DNA from: Planctomycetota bacterium
Lineage (GTDB): Bacteria; Planctomycetota; B15-G4
Direction: 5' to 3'
Assembly: GCA_965248575.1 (NCBI GenBank)
Contig: CBDFJQ010000002.1
Location: 1,367,574 to 1,431,573 of the forward strand
DNA length: 64,000 bases
Numbering within the stretch: position 1 is the first letter of the stretch; the number at the start of each line of letters is the position of its first letter. The notes beneath the pieces are model-generated. The model had not been told where the DNA came from and did not search any database. It saw only the letters and a list, made by a program, of their open reading frames with translations. Shown one piece after another: positions 57,739-64,000 of the stretch. The position numbers and the translations under genes are program-made.

Positions 57739-58350
57739 ATGACAACTTCGCCAAGGGTCTCTCTTGCGGCTTGTGGGTGTTGCGGGCTCGTGCAACAACT
57801 CCCGGCAGCCGAACCCAAGCAGCGCATCCGCTGCGTGCGTTGCCACACGTCCTTCGCCCAGCGACGTGATCGGCTGAGGAGCAACCGGCGCACCCTGGCC
57901 CTCGCCCTCAGCGCCCTCTTTCTCTACCCCTTCGCCGTGGGCCTGCCCATCATGGAGGTCGAGCGCCTCGGCGCGACGCACAAGGCCAGCGTGCTCTCGG
58001 GCGGCATGGCACTGCTCAGCGACGGGCAGGTTCTGGTGGGCGTGGTGGTCTTGCTCTGCTCCGTCGTGCTGCCGCTGGGAAAACTCGCCGGTCTTTTCCT
58101 GCTCGCGGGCGCAGGCACCAGACTTCGACCCACGCTCCGGGCCTGGACCTGGCACCTCGTCGAATGGACCGGACGTTGGGGCATGCTCGACGTGCTTCTG
58201 GTCGCCGTGCTGGTGGCCGTCCTCAAGCTGGGCCACATCGTGGAACTTCGTGCTGGCCCCGCGGCACTCGCCTTCACGGCCTGCGTGTTGCTCAACCTGG
58301 CGGCGAGCGCCAGCTTCCAGCCCCATAGTCTCTGGCGGAATTCCGCATGA
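57739..58350 (+). CDS. pqiA: PqiA-family integral membrane protein (paraquat-inducible protein A-like)
   Basis: ORF 57712..58350. Paired Cys zinc-ribbon-like N-terminus (CGCCGLVQQLPAAEPKQRIRCVRCHTSF) then four TM segments. The stop overlaps the pqiB start (ATGA). Confidence 0.7.
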   Translation: MTTSPRVSLAACGCCGLVQQLPAAEPKQRIRCVRCHTSFAQRRDRLRSNRRTLALALSALFLYPFAVGLPIMEVERLGATHKASVLSGGMALLSDGQVLVGVVVLLCSVVLPLGKLAGLFLLAGAGTRLRPTLRAWTWHLVEWTGRWGMLDVLLVAVLVAVLKLGHIVELRAGPAALAFTACVLLNLAASASFQPHSLWRNSA

Positions 58351-59750
58351 CGGACGACAGCCCTCCTGTGGCTCGCATCGACCCGGCGCCCTCGTGGTCC
58401 CCCATCTGGCTCGTGCCGCTGGCTGCGGCGGCACTGGCTGGCATCCTGGGCTGGCAGTCCTGGGGCGCCCTGGGAACGAGCATCGAGATCGCCTTCGAAC
58501 AGGGCCACGGCATCAAGACCGGCGACACCCTGCGCTACAAGGGCATCGTGGCCGGTGAGGTCACCGCCATGACCTTCGCCGATCGCCTGGGTGGGGTATC
58601 CGTGGAGGTCACACTCGACTCGGCCGCCACCAGCCTGGCCGTGGCGGGCAGCCGGTTCTGGATCGTGCGCCCTCGCTTCGGCTGGACCGGTATCACAGGC
58701 CTCGACACCTTGATCGGTGACCGCTACCTCGGCGTCATCCCCGGCGACGGCCCCGAACGACGTCAGTTCGTCGGCCTCGACCAGGCACCGATTCCCGACG
58801 CGCTCCTGCCTGGCTTGGACATCAAGTTGGAGGGCACATCGCGCGGCAGCATCGTCGCCGGCTCACCGGTCACCTACCGCCGCATCCACGTGGGCAGCGT
58901 GCTCTCGGTCAGCCTCGCCAGCGACAGCCGCAGCGTCGAGATCCTGGCACGCATCCGTCAGGAGTATTCGGCGCTGATCCAGGAAGGCACCCGCTTCTGG
59001 GAAACCAGCGGTGTCGGCCTCGATGTAGGCCTGACCGGTGCAGCATTCCACCTCGAAAGCCTGGAATCCCTGGTGCGCGGCGGCGTTTCCCTGGCCACGC
59101 CCACGGCAGACGGAGCACGTGTGTCCACGGGACACCGCTTTGACTTGGACTCCAAGCCCGAGTCTGCCTGGCTTGCATGGCGCCCCGCCGTGCCCATCGG
59201 CCATTCGCTCTTACCGCCCGGCACATCGGTCCCGCACCCGCGCCGCGTCCAGCTGAGCTGGAGGCAAGGCACGCTCTGGTCGGGCGACGAGGTGCGCGAA
59301 GGTTGGGGGTTGCCGCTCTCCGGCGCGCTGCTGGCGCCCGCCGACCTGTTGACCGCCCCCGAGAAGGCCGATGAGGCAAGCGCCGCCTTGGAGGTCGCGG
59401 GGCTACGCCTGCCCGTCGAATCTGCAGCGGACATCGTCACGCCAGGCCTGGCCACACGCTCCATGCCCGAGGGCGCCGGTATGCAGGCCTGGCCCCGCGC
59501 CCAACAACGGGTCCCCACGCAGCCCGAAGACTGTCTGGTGGTGGCCGACCCCGGCTCGGCACCGCTGAGCATCGCTCCCGGCGGCTTCGATGTCACAGAC
59601 GACGGCTGGCACGTCGACCGTGCTCTCCCGGTCGACAAGCGCTGGCACGGGGCACCGGTCCTCGCTCGCAAGGACGGCCGACTGATCGGGATCCTGCTCG
59701 TGGAGTCTGGAGGCGCCCGTGTGGTTCCCCTTCCGCGACTCCTTCCCTGA
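58347..59750 (+). CDS. pqiB: MCE-domain protein, PqiB-like, with a divergent C-terminal region
   Basis: N-terminal TM (IWLVPLAAAALAGILGW), MCE-type beta-barrel segments (IEIAFEQGHGIKTGDTLRYKGIVAGEVTAM...; ...SIVAGSPVTYRRIHVGSVLSVS...), then a C-terminal ~150 aa region ending HGAPVLARKDGRLIGILLVESGG. 467 aa. Confidence 0.7.
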   Translation: MTDDSPPVARIDPAPSWSPIWLVPLAAAALAGILGWQSWGALGTSIEIAFEQGHGIKTGDTLRYKGIVAGEVTAMTFADRLGGVSVEVTLDSAATSLAVAGSRFWIVRPRFGWTGITGLDTLIGDRYLGVIPGDGPERRQFVGLDQAPIPDALLPGLDIKLEGTSRGSIVAGSPVTYRRIHVGSVLSVSLASDSRSVEILARIRQEYSALIQEGTRFWETSGVGLDVGLTGAAFHLESLESLVRGGVSLATPTADGARVSTGHRFDLDSKPESAWLAWRPAVPIGHSLLPPGTSVPHPRRVQLSWRQGTLWSGDEVREGWGLPLSGALLAPADLLTAPEKADEASAALEVAGLRLPVESAADIVTPGLATRSMPEGAGMQAWPRAQQRVPTQPEDCLVVADPGSAPLSIAPGGFDVTDDGWHVDRALPVDKRWHGAPVLARKDGRLIGILLVESGGARVVPLPRLLP

Positions 59751-59810
59751 AGATCCTGCCCTCACACGTATCCGCCCGATCACACCTCACCCTCGCGACC
59801 TGACGCACCC

Positions 59811-60626
59811 ATGGCCCTCCCCGAAACGAACGCCATCGTCTCCCAGAAGATCGAGATTGCCCCTGGCCTCGCAATCCTGCGGGTGGTCCCGGATGGCTGG
59901 GACCTTCCCGACTTCACGGCGGGCCAGTTCGCAGTGATCGGGCTGCCACCGGACGCGCCCCGCTGCGCAGGCGCTGAAGTAGAAGAGGCCCCGCCGCCAC
60001 CGGAGCGCATGCTCAAGCGCGCCTATTCCATCGCCTCGTCCTCGCTCAGCAGCGAGTTCATGGAGTTCTACATCGCCTTGGTGCCCTACGGCGGGCTCAC
60101 GCCACGGCTCTTTGCGTTGGAGCCGGGAAGCCGCATCTGGTTGGGGGCGAAGACGAGTGGACACTTCACGCTCTCCGAAGCGCCGGACGATGCCCACGTC
60201 ATCTTCGTTGGCACGGGGACCGGCCTGGCACCGTACATGAGCATGCTGCGCACCTATCTAGAGGCTGGCTCCAGCCGCCACTTCGCCGTTCTGCATGGCG
60301 CCCGCCACTCCTGGGACCTGGGCTACCGCTCCGAACTCATGACGCTCACACGCCTCTGTGAGAACTTCCGCTACTTGCCGGTCGTCAGCCGCCCGGATGA
60401 AGAGCACGCCGGCTGGGATGGCCCCACGGGTCACGTCCAGGACCTGTGGAGCAGCGGCCAGGTCGAGAAAGCCTGGGGCTTCCACCCCACCCCCGAGAAC
60501 ACACACGTCTTCCTGTGCGGAAGCCCCGGCATGATCGACAGCATGGTGGAGATGCTCGGTGAGGAAGGCTTCGTGGAGCAAACCCGATCCCAACCGGGAC
60601 AGATCCACGTGGAGCGCTACTGGTAG
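59811..60626 (+). CDS. fpr: Ferredoxin--NADP(+) reductase (FNR family)
   Basis: FAD-binding motif RAYSIASS, GxxTP-type motif GGLTPRLF, NAD(P)-binding VIFVGTGTGLAPYMSML and C-terminal FLCGSPGMIDSM...VERYW. Confidence 0.85.
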   Translation: MALPETNAIVSQKIEIAPGLAILRVVPDGWDLPDFTAGQFAVIGLPPDAPRCAGAEVEEAPPPPERMLKRAYSIASSSLSSEFMEFYIALVPYGGLTPRLFALEPGSRIWLGAKTSGHFTLSEAPDDAHVIFVGTGTGLAPYMSMLRTYLEAGSSRHFAVLHGARHSWDLGYRSELMTLTRLCENFRYLPVVSRPDEEHAGWDGPTGHVQDLWSSGQVEKAWGFHPTPENTHVFLCGSPGMIDSMVEMLGEEGFVEQTRSQPGQIHVERYW

Positions 60627-60633
60627 CGCTGCC

Positions 60634-61869
60634 TCACTGCGGCTGGAGGCTCCGGGCCACCCACTCGGTGCGTGCTTCCAAGCTGGCGACGTCGGCTGGC
60701 ATCCGCAACAACTGGGCCCCCTGAGCGTGCCGCTCGAGGACGCCTTCGACGATGGTCTGGAACATGAACTGGACCCAACGGTTGGACGAGCGCACACCAT
60801 CGGCGTGCAAGGGCAACACGCCCCAGGGCAGCAACACGACCCTGTCCGTCCGTTCCAGCCGCTTGAGCGCGCGCGCCATGAAGCGATCCGTGTCGGCGGC
60901 GTCATGATGGAAGCCGTAGTAGATCCAGAAGGCCGCAAAGTCGGCGGCTGAACGGTCAGCGACGAAACCGTCTGTGGCGGCATCCTCTGCAGCGCACTGC
61001 TCGTCCCAGAGTTCGAGCAGCAGACGTCTCATCCCGCGGTGGTCGAGCTGATGCAGATCCAGACCGGCCTCCAGCCGGGTGCGCATGCCTTCCTCGATGA
61101 ACGGCAGCCCCAGGCAATCGGCGAGCCGTCGCCCCAAGGACGTCTTGCCGGTCCCCGCGGAACCGGAGAGCGACAGCCGCACGCCACGTGCGCTCTGCAA
61201 GCCGGCCGACAGGTCGTCGAGCGGCGCCGCGCCGAGCCCAGACTCCCCCATCCACGGCCGCTCCCCCATGCCGCTGAGGACTGCGCCCGCGACTGCCAAC
61301 TGCAATCGGGTGTGGGAGGCCGCTGGCGGCGCAAAGCGAAGCGCCTGGTCGAGGGGCAGCCCCAAGGACTCACACAGCACGATGCGGATGACACCGGAAT
61401 GGGTGACGACGACGAGCTTCGAGTCGTCGTAGGTCGTCGTGTTCTCCCGCCACCAACTGCCGATGCGCTGCGCGGTGTCCTGCAACGACTCACCGCCCGG
61501 AGGTCGCGCGTGAAGATAGTCGTCCCAATAGTCGTTGATGGCGTGCCCGAATTCTTCCGTCAGGCTACGCCAGGTGCGCCCTTCCCACTCGCCCATGGAC
61601 TGCTCGCGCAACTGCGGCGTCGCCTCATACGGGACACCCTTCGCTTCCGAGAGGCTTTGGGCAAGCTGCACGCAACGAGACAGGTCGCTGCAGACGATGC
61701 GGTCTGGGGCGGCCTCGCAGTTGGCGAACCAGCGCACGAGCCGCTCATGCTGTGCCAGACCCTCGGGCGACAAGGCCGCATCCATGTGACCGCGCACGAC
61801 CCTCTCTCCAAAGCCTTCGACCTCGCCGTGCCGCAGGAGGTGCACGTTGAGCGCACCCTGGGAAGGCAT
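60634..61869 (-). CDS. Fusion protein: histidine phosphatase (phosphoglycerate-mutase family, CobC-like) plus P-loop NTPase/kinase-like domain
   Basis: ORF 60634..62043; likely start MPSQGALNVHLLRHGEV (ATG complement 61867-61869). The N-domain has the RHG catalytic motif and VVTHSGVIR (His phosphatase). The C-domain has Walker A GSAGTGKTS and ...RVVLLPWGVLPLHADGVRSSNRW.... Confidence 0.65.
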   Translation of the reverse strand: MPSQGALNVHLLRHGEVEGFGERVVRGHMDAALSPEGLAQHERLVRWFANCEAAPDRIVCSDLSRCVQLAQSLSEAKGVPYEATPQLREQSMGEWEGRTWRSLTEEFGHAINDYWDDYLHARPPGGESLQDTAQRIGSWWRENTTTYDDSKLVVVTHSGVIRIVLCESLGLPLDQALRFAPPAASHTRLQLAVAGAVLSGMGERPWMGESGLGAAPLDDLSAGLQSARGVRLSLSGSAGTGKTSLGRRLADCLGLPFIEEGMRTRLEAGLDLHQLDHRGMRRLLLELWDEQCAAEDAATDGFVADRSAADFAAFWIYYGFHHDAADTDRFMARALKRLERTDRVVLLPWGVLPLHADGVRSSNRWVQFMFQTIVEGVLERHAQGAQLLRMPADVASLEARTEWVARSLQPQ

Positions 61870-61942
61870 GACAGACTGAGTGGGCTTGTCGAAGTGCTCT
61901 CCGGCCGCGTGACCGCTGCGCGAAATCGCACTGTCTCGCGCG

Positions 61943-62782
61943 TCACCCACCCGGGGACCCACCCTTTGCAGGCTTCTCGCGATTCGCCCATGGCACGACG
62001 ATCGGCCGCCCGTCCGGGGCCGTACCGAAGTGCAGGTGCTCACCGTAGACGGGCGTCAGCACTTCGGGCCGCAACACCTCCGCCGGCGGGCCGCGGGTCA
62101 CCACACGTCCGTTCTGCAGGATCAGCACGGACGTGGCGACCTGGCTCGCGAGATTGAGGTCATGGGTCACCAGGATCGCCGAACGTCCCTGGGCAACCTG
62201 GGCGGCTATGAGCTGGACAACGCGCACCTGGTGTTCGGGGTCGAGCCCCGTGGTGGGCTCGTCGACCAGCAGCACGCGCGCGTCACTCGCCAAGGCACGC
62301 CCTAGCAATGCCCGCTGGCGCTGCCCTCCCGACAGGGTGCTCATGGGCCGGTCGCTTAGCTCCTCGACTTCCGTGGCACGCAGGGCACCCTGAACCGCGT
62401 CGCGATCCACTTCGGTAGGCCCGCGCCAGCGATCGATACGGGCGTAGCGTCCTGCCACCACGAACTGCTCCACGGTTACGTCGGGCAGCGTGTGCAAGGA
62501 CTGCGGAACCAAGGTGATGCTTTTGGCGCGCTCGGACAGGGGTAGCGCCTGGAGGTCCCGACCGTCAAAGCTCACCTCTCCCTCATCTGCCTTCAGCAAT
62601 CCACACAACAGGCGCAAGAGTGTGCTCTTGCCCGAACCATTCGGCCCGCAGACCACGAGCAACTCTGCAGGACCCAGGTGGAGGTCAACGCACGAGACGG
62701 CGCGGACATCACCTGGGTACTCGTAGGACAGCCCCATGGCTTGCAACTCGGGAGAATCAGCGCCGACCGCGTCCTTCACCAC
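61943..62782 (-). CDS. ABC transporter ATP-binding protein (FecE/BtuD-type, iron-siderophore/cobalamin importer family)
   Basis: Walker A GPNGSGKST, signature LSGGQRQRALLGRAL, Walker B VLLVDEPTTGLD. 279 aa. Confidence 0.85.
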   Translation of the reverse strand: MVKDAVGADSPELQAMGLSYEYPGDVRAVSCVDLHLGPAELLVVCGPNGSGKSTLLRLLCGLLKADEGEVSFDGRDLQALPLSERAKSITLVPQSLHTLPDVTVEQFVVAGRYARIDRWRGPTEVDRDAVQGALRATEVEELSDRPMSTLSGGQRQRALLGRALASDARVLLVDEPTTGLDPEHQVRVVQLIAAQVAQGRSAILVTHDLNLASQVATSVLILQNGRVVTRGPPAEVLRPEVLTPVYGEHLHFGTAPDGRPIVVPWANREKPAKGGSPGG

Positions 62783-63915
62783 TGGTCCACCTCCCGCTTG
62801 TAGAAGCTGAGCAGGAACAGGAAGAATAGACCGCCCAGGAGCGACATCACGACGCCGGGTCGCAACGCGTGCTCCGCGAGCAGCGCATGATTGAGCAGCT
62901 CGATGCTCAGCAGGAAGACCGCACCGCCGGGCAGCGCCAGGGGAAGCAAGCCCTTGTGACGTCCGCCGCAGAGCATGCGCAAGAGGTGCGGCACCACCAG
63001 CCCCAGGAACGCGATCTGTCCGGCCACAGCCACGGCTGAGGCCGCTGACAACGCCGCTGCGCCAATGGCCAGCAGACGGACCTTGCGCACATCGACACCC
63101 AGGGCGCTCGCGTCCTCTTCACCGCCCGCGAGGAGATCCAGCTCCCAGGACACGAAGGGGATCACGGCGACGGCCAACGCAAGCCCGCCCCAGACAGTCA
63201 GCACGTGGTAGAGCGAGCGATCCGCCAGCGTTCCGAACGTCCAAGCAAAGATGGCGCGCGAAACCGCCCAGTCGTCCAGAAGCAGGGAGCTCACCAAGGA
63301 GAGCACACCTGCGATGCAGGTGTTCACGGCAATGCCGGTCAGCAACAGTGTCGGCACCGAGAAGCGCCCGCCACGCGAAGACAGCGTCGCCACCAACAAC
63401 ACGACGGCCACGGAACCCAGGAAGCCAAAAGCGGGGATCAAGAAGGTCAGCAGGCCGACGTGACGCAGGGACGCCAGCGCCATCTCACTGGAGTCCGAGA
63501 GCCCGCTGAGGAAAGCGGGGCCGTAACCGCTCATGAGCAGGATCGCGCAGGTCGCCCCGAGCGTGGCACCGCCCGTCACTCCGATCACGGAAGGAGCCGC
63601 CAAGCCGTTGCGGAACAAGCCCTGGATCAGGACGCCCGAGAAGGCCAGGGCTGCGCCCACGCCCGCCGCGGTCAAGGCTCGCCACAGGCGCAGCTCGACA
63701 ATAATCTGAGCCTGTCCGTCGAGCGCCTCGCCCAGACCCAACACCGCGAGGATGCCTTGCAGGGTCTCACCCAGATCCAAGACACCGGTCACGCCGACTC
63801 GGACGGACAGCAGCACCAAGACAGGCAGGGCCACGAGCAAGGTGACGCCCAAGGTGCGGGCCGAAAGCACCGCGCGTGAGCGGCTCAACGGGGGCCCCGC
63901 TCCGCGCGCCCCCAC
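62776..63915 (-). CDS. FecCD-family ABC importer permease (BtuC/FhuB-like)
   Basis: 379 aa. About 9-10 TM helices with characteristic FecCD stretches (...LTAAGVGAALAFSGVLIQGLFRNGLAAPSVIGVTGGATLGA...; ...AVAGQIAFLGLVVPHLLRML...). GTG start. Confidence 0.85.
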   Translation of the reverse strand: MGARGAGPPLSRSRAVLSARTLGVTLLVALPVLVLLSVRVGVTGVLDLGETLQGILAVLGLGEALDGQAQIIVELRLWRALTAAGVGAALAFSGVLIQGLFRNGLAAPSVIGVTGGATLGATCAILLMSGYGPAFLSGLSDSSEMALASLRHVGLLTFLIPAFGFLGSVAVVLLVATLSSRGGRFSVPTLLLTGIAVNTCIAGVLSLVSSLLLDDWAVSRAIFAWTFGTLADRSLYHVLTVWGGLALAVAVIPFVSWELDLLAGGEEDASALGVDVRKVRLLAIGAAALSAASAVAVAGQIAFLGLVVPHLLRMLCGGRHKGLLPLALPGGAVFLLSIELLNHALLAEHALRPGVVMSLLGGLFFLFLLSFYKREVDQW

Positions 63916-64000
63916 TCCGCGGACTGCTCCAACACCCGCTCAGCAGCGTCGAGCAGGTGGTGCGACAGGGTCGTATAGAGCCAGGAGTCGAGCACGATGA
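63885..64000 (-). CDS. 3' end of an upstream gene in the same importer operon (possibly the substrate-binding protein); partial
   Basis: Minus-strand frame reads ...IVLDSWLYTTLSHHLLDAAERVLEQSAEWGRAERGPR* with its stop overlapping the permease GTG start. Too short to assign. Confidence 0.3.
   Translation of the reverse strand, partial: IVLDSWLYTTLSHHLLDAAERVLEQSAEWGRAERGPR

Noticed and set aside
57184-58434. 416-aa minus-strand ORF overlapping aceA 3' end, the intergenic region and pqiA
   Set aside because: It has no domain signal and a Gly/Arg/Pro-rich composition. It conflicts with the confidently called aceA and pqiA on the plus strand.

Overview
This is a high-GC (about 67%) bacterial chromosome segment, probably from a diderm, given the Mla and PqiAB envelope systems and outer-membrane-type lipoproteins. 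It falls into four parts.

(1) 1-11.3 kb: a conserved core translation/transcription block, all on the minus strand. It runs rpoC (partial), rpoB, rplL, rplJ, rplA, rplK, nusG, secE, tRNA-Trp, rpmG, tuf, then the classic tRNA-Thr/Gly/Tyr/Thr cluster.

(2) 11.3-19.6 kb: housekeeping genes. These are an orphan receiver, a MetC/MetB-family PLP enzyme, an HU/IHF-like protein, dtd, trpS, and a repeat-rich lipoprotein translationally coupled to mlaE-mlaF-mlaD.

(3) 19.6-49.1 kb: a roughly 30 kb accessory glycan assembly and decoration locus. Its core is a 12-gene minus-strand operon (24.3-40.6 kb) with overlapping or touching start/stop codons, encoding:
- a WecA-like initiating transferase, a Wzx-type flippase, a GT-C-like membrane protein and three GT4 glycosyltransferases;
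- an intact cobalamin-binding class B radical SAM enzyme plus a degenerate radical-SAM paralogue lacking the CxxxCxxC motif;
- a SAM methyltransferase, a GNAT/FemAB-like acyltransferase and a polysaccharide deacetylase;
- a membrane-anchored alkaline-phosphatase-superfamily (sulfatase/phosphotransferase-like) enzyme.
Flanking the operon are a third B12-radical-SAM gene, a divergent 1052-aa polytopic membrane protein with a second AP-superfamily domain, two large proteins of unknown function (1049 aa and 630 aa), two more GT4s and an NAD-epimerase. A perfect 30-bp inverted repeat sits at a convergent junction inside the locus. I saw no transposase, integrase or CRISPR, and GC content is uniform, so this looks like a native locus rather than a recent island. 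The three B12-rSAM-like genes, the pseudo-rSAM and the two AP-superfamily decorating enzymes together make it the candidate undescribed system.

(4) 49.2-64 kb: an alpha/beta hydrolase, HU, tRNA-Leu, fadD, a RamB-like (XRE plus peptidase-like) regulator divergent from aceB-aceA, a minimal pqiA-pqiB pair, a ferredoxin-NADP reductase, a histidine-phosphatase/P-loop fusion and a FecCD/BtuCD-type ABC importer.

All calls rest on reading the supplied translations and the nucleotide sequence. No database search was run.
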